Assembly: GCA_963808625.1 (NCBI GenBank) | Contig: CAWEHK010000010.1 | Span: forward strand, 1-64,000 | From: an uncultured delta proteobacterium | GTDB lineage: Bacteria > Desulfobacterota > Syntrophobacteria > Syntrophobacterales > Syntrophobacteraceae | DNA: 64,000 nucleotides | Direction: 5' to 3' | Part shown: positions 11,629 to 22,040 of the stretch, one piece after another | Layout of the letters: each line of letters starts with the position of its first letter | Position numbering within the stretch: position 1 is the stretch's first letter | Position numbers and translations under genes: made by a program | The notes under the pieces: generated by a model | What the model was told of the DNA's origin: nothing | Seen by the model: only the letters and a program-made list of their open reading frames with translations | Databases searched by the model: none

Positions 11629-12717
11629 TTGGTAACTACAATCTTATCCACCATTGTCGTTTTGGGGTTATTGATTTTCGTCCATGAACTGGGCCATTTC
11701 CTGGTGGCCAAGCGGTCCGGAGTGACGGTGCTTCGTTTCTCACTGGGTTTTGGACCCAGGCTTTTCGGGTTCAAGCGGGGCGATACGGACTACTGTGTGT
11801 CCCTCATTCCACTGGGGGGCTACGTCAAGATGCTGGGTGAGGAACCGGGAGAAGAGATCGATGAAGCGCAGCGGGCCACCAGCTTTTCGTCTCAACCGGT
11901 TGCCAAGCGAATCGCCATCGTGCTGGCCGGTCCGTTCTCGAATTTCCTTCTCGCTATTATCATCTTTGCCCTTATTTACGCCTTTTCCGGCATCCCCCAA
12001 CTCACCCCGGAAATCGGGTCCGTAAGCGCCAACTCACCGGCTGAGCAGGCGGGTCTCATCGCCGGGGATAAAGTCACCACCATCAACGGAAATGCAATCA
12101 GGGACTGGGAAGAGCTTTCCGGGCTCATCGAAAGACTCGGAGTACAGCCGCTGTCGCTTCAAATCGAACGCGGTGGGGAACCGATGATGATCAAAGTCAC
12201 TCCCCGGGTGACTGAGGTGAATAACATCTTTGGGGAGCCCATCAAACGCGCCGTGATTGGCATTACCGCTTCCGGCAAAATTGTCATGAAGGAGGCCAAT
12301 CCCCTCTATGCCGTCTATTACAGCCTGGTTCAGACCTGGCATCTGAGCAAGCTTTTTGTCGTCACCATCGGGAAGCTCCTGGAGGGCGTCGTTTCCGTCA
12401 AGACTTTAGGCGGGCCGATTCTGATTGCCCAAATGGCAGGCCAGCAGGCAAATGAAGGATTACTCAATCTGATCCATTTCATCGCCTTGATCAGCGTGAA
12501 TTTGGCCGTCTTGAATCTGCTTCCCATCCCCGTTCTCGACGGAGGCCATATCCTGTTCTTTCTGATTGAAGGATTGCTCGGCCGGCCCCTTGGTCAAAAG
12601 AAAATCGAATGGGCGCAAAAAGCCGGGATGCTCCTTCTCCTCGTCCTCATGGTCTTCGTATTTTACAATGACATCATGCGCTTGATGCCCGGACACAAGC
12701 CGGATTTTCTGCCTTAG
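11629..12717 (+). CDS. rseP: RIP metalloprotease RseP
   Basis: HELGH; PDZ domain; NLLPIPVLDGGH. Confidence 0.95.
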   Translation: MVTTILSTIVVLGLLIFVHELGHFLVAKRSGVTVLRFSLGFGPRLFGFKRGDTDYCVSLIPLGGYVKMLGEEPGEEIDEAQRATSFSSQPVAKRIAIVLAGPFSNFLLAIIIFALIYAFSGIPQLTPEIGSVSANSPAEQAGLIAGDKVTTINGNAIRDWEELSGLIERLGVQPLSLQIERGGEPMMIKVTPRVTEVNNIFGEPIKRAVIGITASGKIVMKEANPLYAVYYSLVQTWHLSKLFVVTIGKLLEGVVSVKTLGGPILIAQMAGQQANEGLLNLIHFIALISVNLAVLNLLPIPVLDGGHILFFLIEGLLGRPLGQKKIEWAQKAGMLLLLVLMVFVFYNDIMRLMPGHKPDFLP

Positions 12718-12768
12718 GACCGGCTGGCACAAGGCAACTGTCCCCAGGACAGGGAAGATTGCTCCCCT

Positions 12769-13464
12769 ATGAGAATCCTTGCCGTTGACACCTCGACAGC
12801 GTCGGGGAGCATTGCTCTGCTCGAGGGCGCTCGCGTGATGGCCGAGTGGACGCTGCAGTCCTCTCAGACTCACAACCGCCGCCTGCTCAAGAACATCGAC
12901 CTATTCCTGAGCGAGCTTGGATGGACCATCGACTCTCTCGACGGCTTCGCCGTAACCATCGGTCCCGGGAGCTTCACCGGTTTGCGCATTGGGGTGACGA
13001 CGATCAAGACGCTTGCCTGGGCTACCGGTAAACTTTTTGCGGGGATTTCTTCACTGGATGCTCTTGCCGCCCCTTTCGGTTTTGCCGCCCATCCGATTTG
13101 CCCTCTCATCGACGCCCGCAAAAGCGAGATATACTTCGCCTTCTATCAGCCCGACGCACAAGGTGCAATCCAGCCTTCAACGCCCTCCCAGGTGGCCTCT
13201 CCTGAACAGATCATGGAAAGAATAGAGCGTCCCACCATCTTCTGTGGCGATGGCTGGCCGCTATGTCAGGAATTGTTTTCAGCAAGACTTGGACCTTGGG
13301 CAATGGCGGCTTCCAGTCCCTTTCATATCATCCGGGCAAGCCACGTGGGAGAACTGGCGCGCAAGAGATTCGAGGAACAGCAGGTAGAGGACCCGGTCAC
13401 TGCTGTTCCTCTCTATGTGCGGCCGGCCGAGGCGGAAATCCTTCACCCCCACCGTGCCTCATGA
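12769..13464 (+). CDS. tsaB: tRNA t6A biosynthesis protein TsaB
   Basis: ILAVDTST; GPGSFTGLRIG; IDARKSEIY; PLYVR. Confidence 0.93.
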   Translation: MRILAVDTSTASGSIALLEGARVMAEWTLQSSQTHNRRLLKNIDLFLSELGWTIDSLDGFAVTIGPGSFTGLRIGVTTIKTLAWATGKLFAGISSLDALAAPFGFAAHPICPLIDARKSEIYFAFYQPDAQGAIQPSTPSQVASPEQIMERIERPTIFCGDGWPLCQELFSARLGPWAMAASSPFHIIRASHVGELARKRFEEQQVEDPVTAVPLYVRPAEAEILHPHRAS

Positions 13465-14147
13465 GCGCACACGTCACCAGGTCGAAAGACGGGGTGACCG
13501 ACGCAGAGAAAACCCGTAAAGCCATTCTCCGATCGCTCGGGAGGGCCCGCAAGCTTGGCCGGATCACCCCGGTGACCGCATCGGCCCTGAAAAATCGTTG
13601 CTTTCCGATTACCTATTTTCTTCGTAACGTGCTGACTCTTCAAAAGGAAACCGGGTGGATGCAAGGTTGTCGGCGGGTTCAGAACAACCGCCTGCTCAGG
13701 CTGCTCGACGAACGAGCCCGCATTTTTCTCGCGGTGCGAAAATGGATCATGGCGAGGCGGGAGGAAGATGGATGGCGAACGCAGATACGGTCTATCCGCC
13801 AGGGTCCCTTCTTACCATCGGGCTATTGCCGCCACTGTGGAGGTTGTTGTGAAATTGCCAGCGGTCTTCCTGATTTTCCACCCGAGACAGCCATCCCTCT
13901 GCGCTGGCGGCACATTTTCGGCGACGGCCTGGGAAGAGGCCATCGCTTCTGTGCCTTCCTTTGGGAGCTCAACGCCTCGGGGCGAAGCCTTTGCGCCATT
14001 CACCCGTGGCGCTCCAATCCCTGTCGCGTCTTTGAAAAGGAAGAATGTGACTATTTCATGAAAGATCTGGAAACGAACCCTCTCTTCGATCCCAAAGCCT
14101 TCTCAGTGGCGTGCCGTCGGCTCTCCCATCTGATTAATCGCGGATAA
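13461..14147 (+). CDS. YkgJ-like cysteine-cluster (Zn/Fe-chelating) protein
   Basis: CRHCGGCC...CAFL...CAIHPWRSNPCRVF. Confidence 0.7.
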   Translation: MSAHVTRSKDGVTDAEKTRKAILRSLGRARKLGRITPVTASALKNRCFPITYFLRNVLTLQKETGWMQGCRRVQNNRLLRLLDERARIFLAVRKWIMARREEDGWRTQIRSIRQGPFLPSGYCRHCGGCCEIASGLPDFPPETAIPLRWRHIFGDGLGRGHRFCAFLWELNASGRSLCAIHPWRSNPCRVFEKEECDYFMKDLETNPLFDPKAFSVACRRLSHLINRG

Positions 14148-15161
14148 CTGCCACCTGGAACCGCCGACGTCGCGGCAGAAAGTCCAGAATTCCTGGAACT
14201 TTACCGGATTGAGCTTGTCGCCTGCGACGACCTGCCCGGTTTTGTCATCGACGCGTATAGTCCAGAAGGTTGGCGGTAAAGAGTACGGTCACGTAGTCTT
14301 GCCCAGTTTCCTGCCAGGCTTCGCTGATCTCAACTTTTCTGACGGCAATATTTTCCAGCCGGTTGCTCCGGCCTTGCTGCTTCATCTTGCTCAAATTCAC
14401 TCTGGAAAAAACCGGACATCTCCGCCGTCAGCATGTTTTCAATTCCTTCCAGGCTGCGGTTCATCCATCCCGCCTGGATACGGAAGAACATGTCCTGTAC
14501 GAGCTCCTTGAAAGCTTCCTCGTTAAATCCGGGATCGATCCGGCGGATCTGATCCAGACCTCGATCCAGGTCGTCATCGTAGGTGCCGGGAACGTTCTGA
14601 AAAGCCCCGCCGTAGGAAGCACCAGGCGCGGGTCCGTATGGCGTCTCGGCCCGGGAGGAGACCACATCGCCATAGAATGAAGCCGTTTCCTTTTGCAGTC
14701 GCCATCTCTTATAAAATTTCCAGCCGAAGTAACCCAGCAAGGCCAGAATGATGATATCGAAAAGCCCTATCCCGCCGCCTCCACCAGAGGCCGCCAGGCC
14801 CACTGGCGTAACCTCCCCTGCTGCCAAAGAGCATGTTGCCAAGAAACCCGCCGGCAACGCCTCCGGCCAATCCCTGCAGGAACGGACTGCGACTGAATCA
14901 CCCCGAAGAAGGCTGGTTGGCAGGACCCGGAAAACTACTCGATCCCGGAGCGCCGATCCCGGAGCCCGGAGTGCTCGATGGTCTGCTGGGAGAGGGGCTG
15001 GATGGCATGCTGGGCGTCGAAAAACTCCTACTGCCGCGACTGCCCGATGATCCCCCTCCTCCGGCCCTTGCCCAGGCACTGGATTCAAGCATGGTCGAAA
15101 TCAGAAAAAGCATGAAGATAATTATCGTAACAGCGAAACAAAGTCTCTTTCTCTTCTCCAT
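14103..15161 (-). CDS. Tim44-domain membrane protein (several indels)
   Basis: ARAGGGGSSGSRGSRS; DPGFNEEAFKELVQDMFFRIQAGW; EFWTFCR. Confidence 0.85.
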
Positions 15162-15514
15162 TTTTGGCTGCGCTCCTCTTCGAGGGTTTAGCAGAATCGC
15201 CGAGAGGAAGTAATCAGTCACGGCCCCGGCGTGTGTCTAGGCACCTGATAGAATTCAATATAGCAAAGCATCGGTGCGGTGACAACCTTCATCATTTCAA
15301 TAGCCGTCATGCTCCTCCTTACGCCTCGCATCCCGGCAACGAGCGGCTGTTTCTTCTCCTTGCGCCCTCATAAAAAATTATGAGATCAGCGGTGAGGTCC
15401 TTTTGGCCACAAGGCAGTCATGATGCTCCAACGGCTTCACAGCTTGGGGACATGCATGCCGGCCTGTCGCGTCCGATAAGCCCCTTTCGACCCCATCACA
15501 ACGCTCCACCAGCC

Positions 15515-15543
15515 TTGACAAAATCATGATACGCGCTCATAAT
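15515..15543 (+). promoter_or_regulatory. Sigma70 promoter
   Basis: TTGACA-17 nt-CATAAT. Confidence 0.6.
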
Positions 15544-15586
15544 CGCCACGAGTAATGAGGATCATCGTGCTAATCACAATACAAGA

Positions 15587-15997
15587 ATGGAGGACCACAT
15601 GGAGGAAAGACCGGAAGATTATGCAAAGTACTGGGTGGAACAGGCGATAAAGTTTTACAAAGCGGTTGGCAAACAGGTTGCGTTGGCCGAATTCTCGAAT
15701 CCCAACGGCATGTTTATTCAAGGTGAAATGTATATCTTTGTATTGAGCTCTACAGGCACAATGCTTGCGCACGGCGTCAACGAACGATTTGTGGGGATCG
15801 ACTTCATTGACGTTAAAGATGCGGATGGCAAGCTCTTCGACCGAGAGATCGTGTCTACCGCCAACGCTCAAGGTAGCGGCTGGGTGGAATACAAATGGTA
15901 TCACCCAAGAAGAAACCGAGTGCTACCCAAAATGGCTTATTTTCAGAAGGTGGATGATGTGATCGTCTGCAGTGCGGTTTACAAGGATGAGGATTAA
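15587..15997 (+). CDS. Stand-alone single Cache domain protein
   Basis: GEMYIFV...LAHG...VKDADGKLF...GWVEYKWYHP...PKMAY. Confidence 0.85.
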   Translation: MEDHMEERPEDYAKYWVEQAIKFYKAVGKQVALAEFSNPNGMFIQGEMYIFVLSSTGTMLAHGVNERFVGIDFIDVKDADGKLFDREIVSTANAQGSGWVEYKWYHPRRNRVLPKMAYFQKVDDVIVCSAVYKDED

Positions 15998-16160
15998 GGC
16001 AAGACCGCCTCTCATTAGCGCAGCCAAACCCCAACCCGTTGCCTTTTTTCTCTGGCGGAAAGGGCGGGCAATGCTCTTTTCCAGATTCATTATCCCAAGG
16101 GCGAGGTTCCTTTACCCCTTCCTTTCGTAGAGCCACGAGCGCCCATCCCTTTGCAGGAAC

Positions 16161-16201
16161 AAAAAGAGCAGGCAACGGAAACCCTCCTTTGCCTGCTCTT
16201 T
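16161..16201 (-). terminator. Intrinsic terminator downstream of the ech operon
   Basis: AAAGAGCAGGCAA...TTGCCTGCTCTTT stem with an A5 tract on + (U tract on -). Confidence 0.7.
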
Positions 16202-16278
16202 CATTGTTCAGGGCTGGGCAGCACCAGTTTTCTTCACGCCCGCCGCCGCCCAGCGATAACTCTTGCCTTCTGCCTTCT

Positions 16279-16635
16279 TTAAATTGGCGTGCGCGGCCGC
16301 TTGCCTCGCGCCTCGTGAACCTCAATCGGCTTGGTGTAAAAAGGGGTACGCCACTTGAAGACCAAGTCGATGGCATCCCCCGGACAAGCGAGAACACAGA
16401 CTTCACAAACGATACAGCGGGCCGGATAGAAGGTCAGCGTCCGCTTTTCCTTATCGATGGAAATCGCATCAGCGGGACATCTCGTGGCACATAAGCTGCA
16501 CAGCATGCACTTGTCGTCGTTAAAGGTAATGTGGCCCCGAGCATTTTCGAAAGGCTCACGCACCTGAACCGGATACATCCTCGTTGCCGGTCCACCGAAA
16601 AAATTCCTCAGAATGGTGGGTAACATCAACGCCAT
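16279..16635 (-). CDS. echF: Ech hydrogenase 2x[4Fe-4S] subunit
   Basis: ATRMYP; CMLCSLCATRCP and CIVCEVCVLACP. Confidence 0.9.
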   Translation of the reverse strand: MALMLPTILRNFFGGPATRMYPVQVREPFENARGHITFNDDKCMLCSLCATRCPADAISIDKEKRTLTFYPARCIVCEVCVLACPGDAIDLVFKWRTPFYTKPIEVHEARGKRPRTPI

Positions 16636-16658
16636 TCGCTCAACGCTCCTTTCGCTTC

Positions 16659-17741
16659 TTATCTCTCAGTACAGGAGATGCATGGGTCAAGAGAGTGGAT
16701 ATTCACCGGCACGTCCGCGAGCTGACAACCAGGCAGCAGGATGAGCACTGAGGGCAGGTTGGCAAAGGTCGGTGTGCGTATCTTCATGCGTTCGAGGTGG
16801 CGGGTGCCGTTCCCCTTGGCGTAATAGTAGAGCTCTCCACGGGGCGCCTCGGTGCGCACGACCGCTTCATTGGCCGGCGGACTGCCCTTGACTTTTACGG
16901 CAATCTCACCTTCCGGCAGTTTGCTGAGCGCCTCCATTTGCAGATCGATAGCCTGGAAGAGCTCCCTGGCCCTGACCAGCATGCGGGCATAACAGTCGCC
17001 AGCGGTTTCCACGATCGGCTCGTAATTGAGCTCACCATAGGCGCTATACTTGGTTAAGCGAGCATCCTCACTGACTCCGCTACCCCTCAAAGTGGGCCCG
17101 ACGCATCCCAGCGCCATGGCCTGTTCTTTCGTCATAACCCCGACACCCACGGTCCTGGATTTAACGGTGTAGTCGTTGATGAGTACGTTCACCAGGTCGT
17201 CACTTGCCTTCCGAACGAGATTCAGGGTATCGATAATGGTTTTCTTCTGGGCGTCATCGATATCCCGTCTCACCCCACCGACAACGTTCACCGACTGGAT
17301 GACCCGGTGCCCGGCAGTCTGTTCGAGGATATCAAGCACTTTCTCTCTGATGCGCCAGAATTGCAGGAACATGCTTTCGTACCCGAAGGCATCCGCAAAC
17401 AGCCCCAACCAGAGCAAATGACTGTGAGTCCGGCACATCTCCGCCCAGATCGTACGCAGGTATTTTGTGCGGGGGGGGATATCAAGCGGCCACAGTTGTT
17501 CCATTGCCAGCACTACCGACTCGCTGTGTTGGTAACTGCAGATCCCGCAAACACGCTCGCAAAGATAGATGTTCTTGGCATACTCGTTCAGTTCGCATGC
17601 CTTTTCTATTCCCCGGTGGCCATAACCGATAACCGGCACAACCTCCACAACCTTCTCATCTTCGTAGGTGATCCGCAACTGTACCGGTTCCGGCAGCACC
17701 GGATGCTGGGGTCCAAATGGTACTGTCGTACGTGTAGCCAT
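16659..17741 (-). CDS. echE: Ech hydrogenase large [NiFe] subunit
   Basis: GPQHPVLPEP; ERVCGIC; EAPRGE; terminal DPCISCTER. Confidence 0.95.
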   Translation of the reverse strand: MATRTTVPFGPQHPVLPEPVQLRITYEDEKVVEVVPVIGYGHRGIEKACELNEYAKNIYLCERVCGICSYQHSESVVLAMEQLWPLDIPPRTKYLRTIWAEMCRTHSHLLWLGLFADAFGYESMFLQFWRIREKVLDILEQTAGHRVIQSVNVVGGVRRDIDDAQKKTIIDTLNLVRKASDDLVNVLINDYTVKSRTVGVGVMTKEQAMALGCVGPTLRGSGVSEDARLTKYSAYGELNYEPIVETAGDCYARMLVRARELFQAIDLQMEALSKLPEGEIAVKVKGSPPANEAVVRTEAPRGELYYYAKGNGTRHLERMKIRTPTFANLPSVLILLPGCQLADVPVNIHSLDPCISCTER

Positions 17742-18133
17742 TAACTGTCTCCTTTCGACTCAGCCCCAGCCTCAACCGCAACCTTCTTCGGTTTCAACAT
17801 AGGCGTCGTCGGGCTGTCATGGGCCAGCATCAGGTGTCCGCCATAGTCAATGGCCAGATCCTTGACCTTCAGCCCAAACAGCTCTTTCATTTCGTTTTCG
17901 ATCAGCAGGGTGGAAAGGGTGACCCCGGTGAGGCTTGGGACTTCCTCATCCTTTCCCACGGTGTAGCGCAGGCACGTTAAATTGACCCCGCGGTTGGCGC
18001 TGAAGAAATAGGTCACCTCCAGCTTCTCATCCTGGTCATTGCAAACCGCGGTAACGAACTTCGCTCCCGCATCCAATAACTTTTTGCCTTCATTCACAAT
18101 GTCGTTTTTGGTAATCTGTATTATGTTTTCCAT
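17741..18133 (-). CDS. echD: Ech hydrogenase subunit D (NuoC-like)
   Basis: VPSLT...ENEMKELFG; operon position. Confidence 0.85.
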   Translation of the reverse strand: MENIIQITKNDIVNEGKKLLDAGAKFVTAVCNDQDEKLEVTYFFSANRGVNLTCLRYTVGKDEEVPSLTGVTLSTLLIENEMKELFGLKVKDLAIDYGGHLMLAHDSPTTPMLKPKKVAVEAGAESKGDS

Positions 18134-18148
18134 TATGTGCTCACTACC

Positions 18149-18577
18149 TCATAGGTTGGCGCTGGCTAGTTTCTGCAAGGCTAATACGACACCATCGATG
18201 ATCGCTTCCGGACGCACGGAACAGCCCGGGATATAGACATCCACGGGAATGACCTTGTCAACACCACCAAGCACATTGTAGCAGTTGTGAAAAACACCGC
18301 CCGTGGAGGCACAGGTCCCGACAGCGATGACCATTTTCGGACCGGGGACCTGCTCATACAAATTCCTGAGCACCCGCGCCGTACGCCTGTTTACCGGCCC
18401 GGTGACCAGCAAAACATCGGCATGCTTCGGGTTACCCATGTTGACGATGCCGAAGCGTTCCACGTCATAGAGAGGAGTCAGACAGGCGAGCACCTCAATA
18501 TCACAGCCATTGCATGAGCTGTTATCGAAGTGCATAATCCAGGGTGATTTTATGCGAGAATTATGTATCAGACCCAT
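18149..18577 (-). CDS. echC: Ech hydrogenase small subunit
   Basis: KSPW...SCNGCDIE; NPKHADVLLVTG; GTCASTGG; PGCSVRPE. Confidence 0.93.
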   Translation of the reverse strand: MGLIHNSRIKSPWIMHFDNSSCNGCDIEVLACLTPLYDVERFGIVNMGNPKHADVLLVTGPVNRRTARVLRNLYEQVPGPKMVIAVGTCASTGGVFHNCYNVLGGVDKVIPVDVYIPGCSVRPEAIIDGVVLALQKLASANL

Positions 18578-18582
18578 GTCTC

Positions 18583-19446
18583 TTACGATACCCCCTTGGT
18601 GAAATAAATATAAGCAATGTTGAGAACTCCGAGAATCAATCCAACCGTCCAGCTTAAGCGCACCATCCATGGGGCCGTCATTCTCGCAGCGATGTTATCG
18701 ATCAGCAATTCGAGTAAGAATGCAGCCAGCGCAATCAAGATACCCACCCAGAGAGGATTCGTCCAGAACAGGGCGACAATCCCCAGCACCAACACAATTT
18801 CATACCATTCAGCCAACTGGTAGAGAGCGTAGTACGGACCAGAGAATTCCGTGGTCACCCCCTTTACGATTTCCTGATGCGCATGATGCGAAGTCGATAT
18901 GTCAAAAGGCGATTTGCGCATCTTTATTGTTAGAACATACAGAACGGCAATGAACAAGGGCCACAGACTATAAATCAAGGGCCTTGACTGGTTGAAAATC
19001 TCGCTGATGAGAAAGGTCCCATTCTGGGCGTAGATCCCAATCGCCAGAAGCAGCAGTACGGGCTCATACGCCATGATCTGGAGCAGCTCCCGGTTTGCTC
19101 CAAAATGAGAATAGGGAGATTTCGTGCTGAATCCACCCAGCACCAGCGCAACACCGGCAAATCCGAGGAGAAAAACCAGGACCAGAAAATCCGACTGGAA
19201 GACCAGGCAAAGCAGACTGGCTACCATGAAAACCAGATACGCATAAATCCACACAAATTGCAGCCGACTGACGGCGATACGTTCTTTCCCAATCAGCTTA
19301 AAGAAATCGTAGAACGGCTGCAAAATAGGAGGACCATAGCGACCCTGCAGGCGAGCAGTGATTCTCCGGTCGATCCCGAAGAGCAAGCCTCCGATAATGG
19401 GCGCAACAACGATTGTAACAATCAAGAGAAACAATTGTTTCATCAT
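18583..19446 (-). CDS. echB: Ech hydrogenase membrane subunit B (NuoH-like)
   Basis: DRRITARLQGRYGPPILQPFYD; KSPFDISTSHHAHQE. Confidence 0.93.
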   Translation of the reverse strand: MMKQLFLLIVTIVVAPIIGGLLFGIDRRITARLQGRYGPPILQPFYDFFKLIGKERIAVSRLQFVWIYAYLVFMVASLLCLVFQSDFLVLVFLLGFAGVALVLGGFSTKSPYSHFGANRELLQIMAYEPVLLLLAIGIYAQNGTFLISEIFNQSRPLIYSLWPLFIAVLYVLTIKMRKSPFDISTSHHAHQEIVKGVTTEFSGPYYALYQLAEWYEIVLVLGIVALFWTNPLWVGILIALAAFLLELLIDNIAARMTAPWMVRLSWTVGLILGVLNIAYIYFTKGVS

Positions 19447-21398
19447 TTCAGAATCACCCCGCATCCAATCATGATCACCAGAAGTAAGATAGCTATTGTA
19501 TTTACAACAGGATTCAAGGTCTTTTCACCCAGACTATCCTGGAAATAATAGCCGCCAAGAATGACTTTTGTCTTTGTATCGGCTTCTGCCAAATATTCAT
19601 CCGCATCCATGGCGCCGGACTGCTCACCGCACATGTATACCGGGCGCAATTCGGTAGGCTTCAGCCCGACAAAGATGAGAGGCAAGAGAACCGCGATACC
19701 AAAGACCGCGTACAAAGCCCATACCGGGAAGTACCCTAAAAGCCCCTTAACGGTTACGGATGTACCTGATAGGGACATGTTGTCCCAGCCTGAAGCGAAA
19801 ATCTGGGTGCCGGAGATGACGTTATGCGCCGCGGAGGCAACAAAGTTCTGATAAATTGGCGCAACCCCGATGCCGACGACGAAAATCCCCACCAGAAGAG
19901 TCCACAGCGGAACCGAGTAGCTCAGCGAAAGCTTTTCGAAAGGCCATCCCAATTTTGGCAGGACCTGCAGGAGCCGTCCCAACCATTTGGTCCAGAAGAC
20001 AATCGTCATGGTGCTTGCCAGAACAAACAGGACGGCCGCCAGGGGAATTCGGTAAGCGGCTTCGAGAGCGATCCATTTGCCCAGGAGCATACCGAAAGGA
20101 GGAAGGAACATGGAGAGGATGCCCAGGGCCGTAATAAGGGTAGTGAGCGGCGCTTTGGCGGCAAGGCCTTCCATGTCTTCGATATCTCGGCTCCAGATCA
20201 GGTGCTCGATGGTGCCGGCGCAGAGGAAGAGCATACCTTTGGAGATCGCGTGGAAGATAATGAGCAGGATGGCCGCGGCAATCGAGAGTGGCGTGTTGAT
20301 TCCGGCACAGGCGATGATCAAGCCCAGGTTGGCGATGGTCGAGTAAGCAAGCACGCGCTTGCCCGTTGACTGACTGATGGCCAGGGCTGAGGTGCCGAAG
20401 AAGGTAAAGGCGCCGACAATGGCAACGGCCGTGCTCACATAGGTCCCGGCAAAAGCGGGAGCAAGCCTGAGCACGAGATAAACGCCGGCTTTGACCATGG
20501 TGCTCGAATGGAGCAACGCGGAGACCGGTGTGGGTGCCACCATGGCTCCCAGAAGCCAGGACTGGAACGGCATCTGGGCGGCTTTGGTACAGCCGGTATA
20601 GCAGAGCAGCGCCACCGGCAGCAGCAGAAGCGTACTCTGAAGAGTCCCGCCAATGATATTCTGCATGGACAGGGCGGCCGCGCCTCCCTGGGTGACATAC
20701 AGATAAATGATCGCAATAATAAACGCCGTGCCACCCGTGGAGTTCATCCACAGAGCCCGCGCCGCGTTCTTTATGGCGATTTCTGTCTTATCGTGGGAGA
20801 TCAGCATGAAGGAGCACATGGTGGTGACTTCCCAGAAGAAGTACAACCAGACCAAATTGTTGGCGAAAACGAGACCGTTCATGGCCCCGAGGAACAAAAC
20901 CAGCCAGAAAAGGAACCTGGACTGTCTGGATTTTTCCACATGAGCATGATGTTCATGATCATACATGTAGCGCAATGCATAGATACAGATAAGCGAGCCT
21001 ACAATGGAAATAACGAGGCACATGATGATCGCCAGGTTATCGACAACAAAAGCCGGAGCGACCTCAACATGGGCTTTCATCACGAATTCGAAGTATGCGA
21101 GCGGAATCAACTGAGTGATCGCGAATATGAGCACCAGCCAATTCTTTAATGAAAAGCCCAAGTAAAGGTAAAAAATCAGGATGGCGTAATCAAGCACTTC
21201 TATTACCAAACCCCAGTTAAACCCGGTCGGGGTGTAGGTAAATGGACCTTTTACTACAAAAAGGATACTGTTAGCAATCAAGGTTAGCGCTGTTACGACA
21301 ACAACGACATTCCGCGCATAGTAGTCGCGAACAAGAAATATGACAAGTCCCGCTAGTAGTGGTAGCAAGATGGCAACCGCCATCATCCCATCAGTCAT
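19443..21398 (-). CDS. echA: Ech hydrogenase antiporter-like subunit A (NuoL-like)
   Basis: WLLGAMVAPTPVSALLHSSTMVKAGVY; LAYSTIANLG. Confidence 0.93.
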   Translation of the reverse strand: MTDGMMAVAILLPLLAGLVIFLVRDYYARNVVVVVTALTLIANSILFVVKGPFTYTPTGFNWGLVIEVLDYAILIFYLYLGFSLKNWLVLIFAITQLIPLAYFEFVMKAHVEVAPAFVVDNLAIIMCLVISIVGSLICIYALRYMYDHEHHAHVEKSRQSRFLFWLVLFLGAMNGLVFANNLVWLYFFWEVTTMCSFMLISHDKTEIAIKNAARALWMNSTGGTAFIIAIIYLYVTQGGAAALSMQNIIGGTLQSTLLLLPVALLCYTGCTKAAQMPFQSWLLGAMVAPTPVSALLHSSTMVKAGVYLVLRLAPAFAGTYVSTAVAIVGAFTFFGTSALAISQSTGKRVLAYSTIANLGLIIACAGINTPLSIAAAILLIIFHAISKGMLFLCAGTIEHLIWSRDIEDMEGLAAKAPLTTLITALGILSMFLPPFGMLLGKWIALEAAYRIPLAAVLFVLASTMTIVFWTKWLGRLLQVLPKLGWPFEKLSLSYSVPLWTLLVGIFVVGIGVAPIYQNFVASAAHNVISGTQIFASGWDNMSLSGTSVTVKGLLGYFPVWALYAVFGIAVLLPLIFVGLKPTELRPVYMCGEQSGAMDADEYLAEADTKTKVILGGYYFQDSLGEKTLNPVVNTIAILLLVIMIGCGVILK

Positions 21399-21836
21399 CT
21401 GCCTATCTCCTTAAAATGAATTTGCCTGCCCGGAATAATTCTTCGTCAATCAAAAAAGCGTCCTATATAATCAATCACCTCCTTTATGGGACCAACACAT
21501 CTCCTCAAAGCTCAGTGGGGAGAATGCCTAAAACCCTTGCAGGATGTGTCTTTCAAATTACTTCACCTGGTGGATTTGGGCGGAGAGAATTGCTGCGAAA
21601 TCACCTTACCATCACCACTCTCCATGATTTTCATAACTTCAAGTGCGATGCCAAGTCAAGCAAAAAGTTTCACAGACTCAGAAATGCGGCGGGTGGTATC
21701 CCTCAACCCCTGCCGGGCCGCAGGAAGGACCGGAGGCGGCTGAGATTTATGGAAAAAGTGGCTCGGTAAAACAAACAAGGGCGCCCCGCCACGGTCCGCA
21801 GGCGGACACCCAAAAGCCAGTGAGGATAACGCGTTA

Positions 21837-21852
21837 TGTGAACAAATTCTCA
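21837..21852. promoter_or_regulatory. Candidate Rex-type operator upstream of ech
   Basis: TGTGAA-caaa-TTCTCA (11/12 match to TGTGAA-N4-TTCACA). Confidence 0.35.
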
Positions 21853-22040
21853 CAGAACAACCCAAAACCGGCGTTTGCCTCTGGTGCAGCAAAACGCCGT
21901 CACTTCATGCAACTACCTCTTAATCCGAATCATAACCAACCGCTCACCAGGCGTATCAGCCACCAGCATCGCCCAGAGCGCCAGGTGAAGATTTCCAATA
22001 ACCCAGATCGGGATGGAAAGCGAAGATTTTTTGAGCAAGC

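Noticed and set aside
16659..16700. [NiFeSe] hydrogenase
   Set aside because: The terminal motif uses Cys codons and there is no in-frame TGA.
21638..21653. Sigma54 promoter for ech
   Set aside because: The -12 element reads TTGA rather than TTGC; the overlapping sigma70 reading is equally plausible.
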